Part shown: piece by piece, positions 1 to 11,500 of the stretch | Layout: each line of letters opens with the position of its first letter | Numbering within the stretch: position 1 is the stretch's first letter | Origin: Yuukianura sp. NJ FZ-2021 | Lineage: Eukaryota | Direction of reading: 5' to 3' | Assembly: GCA_046563655.1 (NCBI GenBank) | Contig: CM102283.1 | Location: forward strand, 7,874,001 to 7,938,000 | Length of the DNA: 64,000 nt | The notes under the pieces: model-generated | What the model saw: only the letters and a program-made list of their open reading frames with translations | What the model was told of the DNA's origin: nothing | Databases searched by the model: none | Position numbers and translations under genes: made by a program

Positions 1-570
1 AAAACACACGAACAACCTCAATTGGAATTGTGGAGTTACAATTTGCACAAATGAGATGCACTTCTTCACCTAAATCCTCTCACCAGAAATACATACGAAT
101 TAAGAGTAAATCGCATTGACCCACTTCACACCTTGTAAATGCCCAAAAAACTTTCTCAAGAAAACTTCCTCAACAAATTGGAAATTGAGACAATACACCG
201 TTCATGCCCAAACATGGCTTTTTGGACAATTCAAAGAAAGTTGTCAACATGTCATAAAAATTTAGACACGACCGACCGCACGAAACCAATAAAAGTGCAC
301 TAAATTGTGTAAACAAAACGCAAAATATACTATGTATTTGTGCAGTTCGCTGTGACCAATTTTCGCGTGCAAAAAGCAAAAATACTTAAAGTAAATTTTT
401 GCATGTTGACAGAACATTTTCAAACACAACAATGCTGTCAACGTGATAGGCACCGAAAGCATATGATTGTTCCTGCTTATGGGCAAGTTTTCGCTACTTC
501 CTTAACGCCTATGCGTCGATTACCCAATCACACTTCAGCAATTCAAAAAAAAAGTTTTGAAAAAACTTAC

Positions 571-3500
571 GCTTATGTCGTAGTCCGTTTCGGATCCGGG
601 CGTCGTTACTACAAAACTGGTTCGTTGAACCGTATTTGGAGTTACAGTAACTTTTGTACCGAATGTGACTAAATCCGGAGTTCGTTGATCCAACATATCC
701 GACTTTGTAGGGAGCTGTGAAAAGTCTAACCGAGGTGGCCGCGGTGGAGCAACTATCAAAAAATAATCAACAAAAAACCAATTCAATTAACCTGGTCCGA
801 TTACTTACTAAAAAAAACTAAACTGCGGTTTTACCTGGTTGAACTTGTTGATTATTGTTAATTACGTTGATGGAATGGTGGTGGGAAGTGGCAGACGTAA
901 CTGGTGGAGTAGCTGGTGGGGTTGAAGAAGTATTTGGGTGGGGCAGGGTGGCTCTTTTGATCAGACGACTCCAAGTGGCAACATTGATGTTAAGCTGAGT
1001 CGGGCGCGGAACGTTCTTTCCTTGCTGTTTGAATATTTTTCTTTGTCGCTGCAGTTTTGGTTTCCGTGAGATCATTGGATTCAAAAACTTTATCTGTAAA
1101 ATTTTATCAAAAATATCACTAAAACTGTTCAAATACGTTGAAAAATTCAAAATTTCAAGATTTTACCTCTGCAAAAAGGAGTCCTTGCGGTTCCAATTGC
1201 AGGGCCATGCCATGTCGAACATCATCAATGAATTCTTCTAGACGTAAAAACTTGACAGCACACAGGGAGCGCCAATCTCTCCAGTAAATGTCAATCTCCA
1301 GTTCTCTTGACTTGTCCAACTCAATTGAAAATCGCTGATCCCAGGCTTGTTGAGAACACGGTTTCCAAGCTGTTTGAGCCACAGGTTGGTTGTCCAGCTT
1401 CAGCACGGCCATAATCTCATCTGAAAATTTATCCACAGGGATTAAGATCAACCTTTCACTTTTTACATTTTTCATGTTCAAGATCAGCATCACAGTGCTA
1501 TGGATTACTTGTCAGCGTTAGTTTAGGATTAAGTGCATGTCCAAGCTTATGAGTGCCAAATCCAACAAAAACTGCCAAGGCTTTTTAGTGCATTTAAGCA
1601 GTTTGAGAGTGAAACTTACTCCGACGTTCCTCCAGTAAAAATGAATAGGAATCAAAAGCAGCACCGAAGAAGCATCCACTTCCCATTGAATCAGAACCAG
1701 CAGAATCAAAAACATAATTTACAGGTAAGACTTACATGCGCATGCGTATTAAAAAGTGCGAAAAAGTTAAAAAAAAATACCCAATAGCTAAAAAAAGGAG
1801 AATTAAAAAAAAATCAAACACCCAAAAATTGAAATCCCAACGTTGGCAACAAGGAAGCAGAAAATCGGAAGAAGTGAAAATATCAAATTCAAAAACAACT
1901 AAAAAAAATATCACTCCACGTAGTTTTCAACCCAATTTCCAAATCGTTTCGTCTCTCCGATTTCAAAATTTGAATTCCCTGCAAATCGAATTCCTTTTCT
2001 CCCGCCAATTTCCTGATTATGTTCCGCAGTTAAGTTAGATCAAAGATTATAACTTACTGCTCGTTTCATCTTTGATGCTATAAGATTTAGATGAGCTCCT
2101 TCCCGTTACTCCTTTGACAAATGATTTGAGATCCGCCTGACTGCTGCCATCTCTTGACTTTGTTCTTCCTGGAACATCTTCCAGCAAATCCTGACATCCC
2201 ATGAGCCGTACTTCCAGTTTCCCTGTCACCGTTGCACATTTGGCCAATTGGCGCTGAATCACAGACTGGGTGGATTGTGAGCCAGGGGAATTCCCCTTGT
2301 TGGAGCTGAATGGTTGTAGAGCAGTATATGAAAATGGACTGGACATGTTAGGGACTGTTGGGGAAGTGGCTGAATCCAGCTCATGTTTCAATTCCATTGA
2401 TTTTCTGGAGTCTCCGCGTACTTCACCCAGTTTTGTTTCAAGCGATAGACGGAGGAGGTCAATCTTCTGACTCGATTCCAGCAAATTACTTTGAGCCTAT
2501 AAAAACAAAACAAACAAAAATTAAAAAGAAACTCCAAAATGATGATTTCTGATATTATTTTTCCTAACCATCCTCGCTAGAATTTAACCTAAAATAAAAT
2601 TTTGAAACAAGCCATAATTCTCAAAATTCAGTTTATTTTTTCGGATAACAATCAAATCCTTTTCGTTTCAAATCCAAATTTTTCGACTCCTTGTCGTTTT
2701 TCCCGCGACTCCAACGAATACGCCCTTCTCCTAACACTGCTCATGGTATCCAAGGTTCCAGCACCTCCAGAATTATCCAGCAGTTGGAAGTAACTTCTGC
2801 AGTGATTGCATGGACATGCCCGATTTTTCGGTGGTCCTGGAATATGATGTCCCGGTTTTCGAAAACATTTTACAAAACTTCCAAACTTCGCGCCAGTTTC
2901 AACACTGGGCTCAGTCGTTCGTCCAACAGCATTTCCAGTAGTACTAGCAGGAAGGAATGGCGGAATAACTTGATTTCCATATTGCTCTACGTCTGACAGT
3001 ATTTCAGATCCAAACGAAAACGATTGTCTCTTTGACCTCGCAAGTAGGCCAACGTCTTCCTTATCCTTCACCAGCAAATTTTCATTCTTCGGTGTTTGCT
3101 CCACTTCTAAAAAGCAAAAACCAAATTCAAAATCAAACATTTCAAAAACAAAATCCAAAAATCTTCAATATTCTCAAATTGAATTGAAATTTCATACCTG
3201 CAGCTCTCTGTGGTGCATTTGAAAATGGATATTTGAGCCACCATTTTTGTTGAGTCGGAATTCTTTGATTTGTAAATGAAGCTTCACTCATGCTATCTCG
3301 GAGGTCAACTTCAAACGAACTTGTGTCGTTTTCGTCTTCTTTTCCAGGAACCGGAAACGGACGAAACCGAACTCCATCAAACGAACTCATTCCGCTGCTA
3401 GTCGCTATTGAATTACCCGTTTCATTTCTGCTAATCGAAATCCTGGAATTATCTTCTTTTGTTCCAGCAATAGTCGAAGCATATCCTCCAGTAGTTGTAC

Positions 3501-6500
3501 TTAGCCAATCAGAAGAGTCAATTGACGAGTAGCTCTCGTCCTTACGCGGATTAATTTGAACTGGAAGTGATACTTGGTGGACAGGTACTCTTGTTTGGAG
3601 TTTAACTGAATCAAACAGCCCAGATTGCTCTACTCCCGATCTGATCAGATTCCCGAGTAGTTCCATCTTATCAACCGACAGCGGCTTGGAGCCACGCCGT
3701 TCCGAAGTTTTCTGAGCCTGACTTCCTTCGGGCCGTGTCGTATTCAAATGTGTCGGTACTTGATGCTTCTTATGATGATGAAGTATTTTATATTCCGGTG
3801 ATTCGTAAACCGTTTGCGGTGATGATGAAGAAATATCGACTTCCGTATCCTCAGCATTCGTCGAAGTTCCTTCCGATCCGGTACAGTACACGTCAATATG
3901 GATAGTCCTTGGTTGATTCGTACTAAAAACCAAAAAAATAAATCAAAACACTTTTTCAAAAAACTTCAACTTTATTTTTAAAAACTTACTTTTGTTGCAA
4001 ACGAATCGGAGGAGAAGACTTGGCTCTTTTACCATCTTTGTCTCTTCTAGGCGACTTCCTATTGTACGAATCGATACTTTCGCTGCGCAGATCCGACCCC
4101 GAACCATCGCTTCTGTAAATCAGCGATTCTCTCACTTCCGGTTTCCAGTGTTTCCGCAACTCAGTTTTCTGCAACTTGTGTCCACCCAAGCGTAGAGCAT
4201 GCGTTCCAGCAGATCTGACTGTCTGCGTTTCCGCATCTTGTAACACAACTGGTGGCATGGACATCTTAACAACCGGAAGTGGCTCAAATTCAGCAACTTC
4301 AGAACACAGCCTCTCATCACTTCTATTTCCCAGCCTAATACTGCAAGTAGTTTTGCTTGATGCAGGAGAAGTTACAGTTCTTGGTCCACTGGATGCTGAT
4401 GCTGAGCTAGTTCTATGCCTTGTACTATTTTCTGCTTGTCCAAACTTTTTAGCAGCATGGTCACTACTGTATCCAGAGTCCGCCAAAACTTCAATTCTGC
4501 GTACAGTTGGGCCCCAACTTTCAAATTTCTTAATTCCACTGTCATAGTTTCCTGTTTTTCCCAGTACTTCAGTTTGCGTCTTCTGCCAAGAATATTGAAC
4601 TTGAACATTCGGATTTGGGGAAGATGCTGGAATTTTTTGTGTCGCTGAAGATGAAAATGAAATACCAGTATTCGGTTGTGAAATTGTCAGTTGAGCATGG
4701 ACACACCAGTCGTCATCTGGATCTGTAGGAGGTTTCGGTGTTCGCGGATCGTCACTTGATCCAATTGACCAAGTATTTTGATCCATACCGTTGTAACCTA
4801 AGTATTTGCTATGAAATCACACCACGGAGCACCAAAAGTGTAAACTAATCGCACTTTTTACAACTAGGTCGCAAAAACTTGCAAAAACAACAACTTTTTG
4901 CACAAAAATTGCAAGAAAAACTGTACGACAGGCGTAACAAATGGGATCAGTGCTGGATAATCCGATCCCAGAAGTAGAATGATACTCTATGGCCTAACCT
5001 TCATAAGAAACCTATACCACACGAATGCTTGGCTATCGCCAAAATGCTGGGCAATCGCCAAAACTATTTTTATCATTACACATCTTCCCTTGACTGTTGC
5101 TGTTCAAACTCATTTGATCCAAAACAACATCAACATTCAACATCTGAAGTTGATTTGCATGTCTACTGTCTTCATCTTTACAACAAAACCGAAAAATCAG
5201 ACCTCCAGACTTTGTTCTTTCTTTAAATTCGTTTTCAAAAATTTAAATTCCCCGCCCCCAAAAATAAACAAACGTTCAGTCTTTGGTCATTGACTTTTCT
5301 TTAGTTTTCCCTACTCCTACCTTACTAACTTTTTAAAAAATCGCTGTTTCATGCCTTACCTCTTGGAGAGCCTTCTTGTCCACCGCTTTTGCGGATTGCA
5401 GCGTCCGGATAACATTTTTAGCTCCATCGACCATAGCTTTTTCAATTCTCAAACGATGACGAAGTTCTTCAATTCTCACTTCCATTGGAGCCACGCCCGA
5501 GAACTCTCCATCTACAAACAAACAAGATTCATAAATCACTTCATGTTGGTCCAACTGTCCAACAATCTCTTAGAGGTTAATTTTCTGGCATGTCGAGGTA
5601 ATCCATCTATTGCAATCCCAAAACTTCCAATTAACCATTGTGAACAGCATAGGCATGTGAGGTTCATCGATTACACGGCTTGAGATACAGAAAAAAAAGA
5701 ACCCAGTGGGACTCGAACCACTATCTCCTCAATCCAGGAAGAGGTCTAACCATTGAGCTATTAGGCACTAATCAGAATCACACTGGATGAAATTGGAAGG
5801 CTACCTTGGCGGTTAGCAGCACTATTTGACCTTAAAAAATGAACTTGGGAAGTATTTTGAACAGTACATTAGTTTATTTACCTTTGTTAAGTCGTGGTCC
5901 ATCCCCACCGCCTCCTCCTCCACCCGAATTGACAGCACGACTCAGTCGAGCCTTGTTAATTCTCATTCTCAGGTAATCAATCTTAGCTTTTGAGTCTTGT
6001 AACATTTGTTGAGCATCAGCCACGAGCTTTTTGTCCCGCCCACTACTGTAACTCTGGATCATGTTCTCTGCTCCATGCTTCACTTTCAGCTCAATGTTTA
6101 GCTGTTTCTCCAGTGACGAAATCCGCTCATCGATGACAGCCACGTTCGAATTCTCATTGGAAGTAGATTCTAAAAACACAAAAACAAACAAGTTAAGCAC
6201 ATCCCGCCAAAACTTTGAACAAGATTTAAAACTAGAATTTCATAGATAAAACTTACCATGGCCATTATCATTAGCAAATCCCAGAATAATTTGTGAGTCA
6301 AGTTCTTGTAACTCTGCCTGCATCTCTTGAATTTTCAAATTCGATTGCTTCACCAGCCCCGTCAACTCTCCCAAACTTTTACGATCTGTCGTAACTTCTC
6401 GTAGTTTTTCCGCTCCCTCTTTGATTTTCAGCTCTTTTCTAATTTCCTTGCGAATTAGTTCTTTCAACTCCTCCAGTTTTGCTGGAACTACTTGACCCGT

Positions 6501-9500
6501 GTCACCCATCTCCACTCCCAGACCGTACTTGTGACTCAAATCATACAAGGCTGGATGAGCAATGTAGTCTCCCTGAAATAGACAAGAACACAAACTATTA
6601 GCACTTATTTCGTCATTAGCTTAAAATTACTCTAGTGATACAAATTTAGCTGCTCCACTACTAAAACTGATAGCTTCAATGTCACTCCTCAAAAGTTCAA
6701 CCACCACGTCTCCGATAAAACACAAATGACTAAATGAATTATGAACTCTTTGTACAACGTGACACATACAACTTATTTTTCAGAAGTTAACCAATTGTGG
6801 TCTCCTTCGACACACAATTTTGGCTAAACAATTAACTTTTTAAATTAATTTACCACAAAGTAGTTGAGAGATCCAAGTTTGGCTGCTTGTCTCTGTTTCC
6901 CTCCAGCCATTCTGACAGTTGGAGGAGGAGTGGGCCAAGGTATACACATGAAATTCTCCATGACCAAAGTCATGTTTAGTCACTCCAAACAAAAAACTTA
7001 ACTTTCGCAAACTTTTAAAAAGTTAAATTGGCAACAATCTGAACAAATTGACCTTCAAAGTCAAAAAACTTGACCAAATCTGTCAGAGGGAAATTAACTT
7101 CCTAATCCTGACCAATCAAAATTGTCCATTCGTCAAGATCTAAAAACTGGCGCCAAAAATTAAAATCAAACTTTTAGCTTAAAAAAATCACACTTTTAGC
7201 TAAAGAGTCCCACTTTTAGCTAAAAAGTCACAATTTTTGGTACACAATCTTGCGTCAACAAAAATTTAGCAAATGACAACACAAAAACTTTGTAATTTGT
7301 AAAAATCCAAGTTGGTGACCAGAAAAGACCGGTCGTCACGGGTTCGGTGACCACTTTTGGCCCACTGTCGTTACTAAAATCACGAACTTGAAAACATCTT
7401 CTCAAATGTGTGTCAGCCACTTAGTGCAGAATCAAAGGAACAAAAAAATTAGTAAAATATTTGAAGATGAAGATGAAGGAGAGATTTTAACGGTTTTTTG
7501 TTACTACTGAATGAACTCGATGGATGTCTTTGACAACTGACATACTGCAACTACAAAGTTACTATGAACATGCAAGATCCAAGGGAGAGAGATGGGTCGT
7601 GTCCAACTGCCCTTAGCCAAGAAGTTGGTCTGTAATTTCTTGATTCTTCCAATAAATGTGTCAGTGGCGGACATTTGTAGGCAAAACGGGCAACTAAACT
7701 TCCACAACCAAAAAACTACTCTATCCAAGTCTTCTTTTTAAAAAAAAAACTGGCAGCACTGGGTGTCCTCTCTGTGTGATGCTGCTGAAGCTGAACTGTG
7801 AAAATTGTGTGTTGCTTCGCAAGTTGTTTTGAATTTGAATTGAATTCAAATCAAAAGGAGGGAGACATAACGTTACTCCATTGTATCACGGTGACTTTTG
7901 TCAGAATAATTTAGATGAAGATGCAAAATTGAGTCTAACTTAAGAAGTTCCCAGTGTAGTCGGTTGCTTAGGAGTGATTTGTTTGTGAATAGAATGGTGC
8001 AAGGTTTGTTGACTTGCGATTTTTTTAACAGGTTGGGTAATATACCTCATGTTTTGATTTTGCAAAAAAAAAGTATCTTTTCATTACGATGCATCGTAGC
8101 CGATTTTTAAATTTTGCATACAAGTTGGTACCAATTTTTCAGATTGCTACTAAATTGGTACTAATTTTTTTCTGTTTTTTGTTTGTCAAGAAGCGAGGTA
8201 GTACCCAACCTGTTAAAGAAAATTAACTTTTCGTTGTCAAGGAACCTTGGAATGGTGATTGTTAGGTGAAATGTGGTGGGACGGGAGATCATTTGCTATT
8301 AGGTATCCCATAATTATGAAAAGTCCTAGCTTGACTTGAATGTAAATTGAGGTGAGCAGGATTCCAAGTTATTCATTTAAACGCAAAAGACCTCAAGTCT
8401 TTTAGTACTACTAAATCTGGTAGGACAAGAAAAAATGAACAAAAAATTAATCACCTAATGTTGTTTAGGTGCAAATTAAAAAATTTTCGCTATATAAGTA
8501 AATCCTGGTTTCCCACTGACATAACAAAATTATAAAACAAGGGAGGAGCAGAAAATCTGTCAGAATTAAAAACAAACGGCGCCGAAAGTATGCAAAACAA
8601 AATTGAAATTGAAACTAAATCCTTCGAATATTTGCTGTAACTTTTTAAAATCTACAGATTTTCAAAGTTCCATCAAAGATTTTGAGACAATTCAAATAAA
8701 ATTTTTCCCAATCCTAGCATAAAAACTACAAAACTAACAAAACATTTACCAATTACCAAAAAGTTTGAAACTCCAAGTACCTTCTTTGCTGAGTTTTGAA
8801 TTTGAAGGACTGCAAGTACCAAAAAACTGCTCGACGTCAAAAATTGTTGAAGATTCTCAAATATTTCACTTTAACTAAACTTGAACTGTCCAATTTCCAA
8901 TTAGAAATTAAAAATTCACGGACGACGACACTCAACACAAGCCTTCTATTACCAAATTGCTGCCAACAAACCATGAAAGGTGTGGAAAATTGTTAATTTA
9001 GTAATTTAAGTGTAAACTAACCTATCAATTCTGATTGGCAATGAAGATGCTAAAGTTGCGAAATGAAAAGTCACACTAAAGAGGCAAAGATTTTGAAAAG
9101 TGTCCAAGAAATTGAATTGATTCGAGAGACTTTTCATTCCCATCTAATCAGTCAAGTAACAAAAAGACCAGTTTGATAGCTTTTTCAGTGTGTAGCCCTT
9201 GTCCCCATTGATTACATAACGAAAAAAACAAGTAACTTTGGACTTTATGTAATGTGAACTGGCAACTGAACTTATTCTGATGTTAGTAAGTACTTGTGGA
9301 CTGAGAATAGTAGTGAACTACACTGGACTTCGTCTTGGACATACTTTGGAACAGAAATATCCTTTTAGCTATCTAGTACTATCTCCTGGACGTGTCCCGG
9401 TTGTCGATAAAGAGACAATTGTTTTCCAAATCCGAAATAGAGACATGAACAAACAAAAAGTCATGAAGATTAAGGCGGCATCATCGTATTGTTTGTCCTA

Positions 9501-9678
9501 CTCCTATGGATAGTAACACTTTGCAGTAAATTCCAAGTGCAAGCTCAACAGCAACAGGAAACACATACTTAATGAAGTAACGATACCACACACATACTTA
9601 ATTGCCTTACACCAATTCGCATAATAAATTATTCATTATGTTCCTCACCTGATAGTAAGACGATGTTGGATATGACAT
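571..9678 (-). CDS. Pkn: Protein kinase N (PKN/PRK family), 5' portion: HR1a, HR1b, HR1c and C2-like region. The kinase domain lies beyond the left edge. Coding exons: 9678-9649, 6572-6257, 6169-5882, 5511-5360, 2496-2058, 1420-1167, 1093-835, 752-571
   Basis: GT-AG, phase-compatible splicing gives [17 protein letters not shown]...[21 protein letters not shown] (HR1a), [19 protein letters not shown] (HR1b), [44 protein letters not shown] (HR1c), [59 protein letters not shown] and [19 protein letters not shown], all characteristic of PKN. Confidence 0.95.
2652..4786 (-). CDS. Uncharacterised Ser/Thr-rich protein of about 658 aa nested in a PKN intron on the same strand. Exons 4786-3990, 3922-3198, 3106-2652
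   Basis: Three long ORFs are joined by two short GT-AG introns (67 and 91 bp) with matching phases; 797+725+455=1977 nt, exactly 659 codons. Carries [13 protein letters not shown] and a C-terminal [29 protein letters not shown] motif. Confidence 0.8.
5691..5768 (-). pseudogene. tRNA-derived Pol III-type unit (tRNA pseudogene or SINE head) in a PKN intron
   Basis: Minus strand reads GCCTAA-TAGCTCAATGG(A box)-TTAGACC...AGTGGTTCGAGTCCCACT(B box, T-arm hairpin)-GGGTTC-TTTTTTTT. The anticodon arm is not canonical. Confidence 0.65.
8029..8212. mobile_element. Small MITE-like element with terminal inverted repeats
   Basis: CAGGTTGGGTA...TACCCAACCTG termini, inner ACCTC/GAGGT extension, TTAA on both sides. 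Confidence 0.6.
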
Positions 9679-11500
9679 GATCACAGAACTGGTTGATGCA
9701 AATCCCGATTACTTGAGCTCTCTTGTGGACGGGCGACGATAAAGCAGTATGATACGGTGATTGTGTTCCAACTTAACCAGTACTTCAGACTTCAAGTATC
9801 GATGTCCAGTTGATGACAAGGTGATGGCCAGTACAAACAGGGTCCACTGCACAAAACAACCAATACATACGATTAAGATCACAACAATGTAAATCATATG
9901 ACCTCCACAATTAAAACTACGAAAACGTTTCGTTTTCGATTTTCGACTGGCAGCACGAGTAGTATCCCCGATCAAGAACTTGAACTGAACGATGAATCAC
10001 TTCTCAAACGCATTCCATTACATTGAATCATAAAAATTCATGCCAAATCTTTCGCTCTCGGCATGCAATGCTTTCTGCTTTGTCTTTATCCAAACCAATT
10101 GACCTTTATGACCTTACCTCCACTGTTGACTCGTTCACAAGATCACGAACATCAAACAACTCGAACCGATGAGGTAGAGATGTTATGGGAAAGCAAATTG
10201 GAGCAACTGTTGATTCTTAATTACTTTTGACTAAAATGGCTAAAAGACTAAACTCTACTAAACTAAAAGTCAAATGTTGTTCCTCTGTATCTTATCTCTC
10301 TTTCCTTAGTAAATAAATGAAAAGTGGGTGTGTTAAATCAATTAAAGATAAGTAATTAAACTAAATGAATTACTAAATTGGAAACACAATTAAAATTAAC
10401 GGGGGTGTCACTTTCACTTTCTCCCTAATAACGGAACATTTGAGTCTCCCACAACAAAAAAAAATTGGAGGCGGAAATAGAAAGTGAAATTTTTCGAGTT
10501 CAAAATTCCCGCCACAGATGGCGAGCCGTGTCCACGGATGAACAGAAACAGACGCTTCTTTAATTGAAACAATTATAATATTATAATACTTAACAAATTA
10601 ATGACAATAAATTATTATAATTATAATAGATTATCCTTTTAAAAACATACGTAAGCATACTACCCATTACTAAATACTAATTAGTATTGGAAGGTTAAGA
10701 AAACCTGAGGAAAACTAAATGTTGAGATTTGAGAACCAGTTTTTCGTGTAAAAATATTTCCGAATATAGTCATTGGAGTTTAAATTGCTAACGGAAATTT
10801 TTTATTTTTGCATGTTTTACTAGCAATTTTTGTTACTTTTTAAACAGTGACAAAATTTCAGGACAATGACTCATAGTTGGCTCATCTTAATCAACGTTAA
10901 GATATTCGCGGTTTATTGCGACAAGCGACACGCGTCGCACCTTCTTCCAGAACGAAACAATGGAGAATAAATTCTTTAATTGAGAGAGCAAGCGTCTAAA
11001 GTAGTTTAAACTTATAATTAAATGTGCTCTTCTACTTCCTAAACCAACTTTTGAACACAATTAACACTAAACTGAAGCTGTAAAATGCGAAAGTACTGGC
11101 CTAGTTAAACAATTTAGTAGTTTAATCCAGTATGCCAAGCTCAGACTTCCTGATTTTTTTTGAAATTGAACCTTTAACTCCAGAAAAACGTGAAATCCAG
11201 ACACATACGGTAAGAAAAAGTTTTCAAAGAAGATTTTTTTTTCAAATTCTGTGATTGCAAAACGAAACAGGATATTTTCAAATCCTGCAATTTCTTTAAT
11301 GATAACCGTTGCAGGTCATTTGTCTATTGTTTTCAAATTTGGAAAGTGCTAATCCTAACAAACCTAACCTTGATTCTTAACTTTGTTTATGTAAACCAAG
11401 GAATTCCAAGAATAATTTCCGCAAAGCTTCAGTAACACTTCAAGCTTGTACCGAAGTAGACTCAGTTTCAGCCATAAACCAAAAATTTTGAAAATCAAAA

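Noticed and set aside
1533-2038. Plus-strand ORFs inside a PKN intron, including a Lys-rich 100-aa ORF
   Set aside because: Explained by A-tract composition; no supported multi-exon structure or homology.
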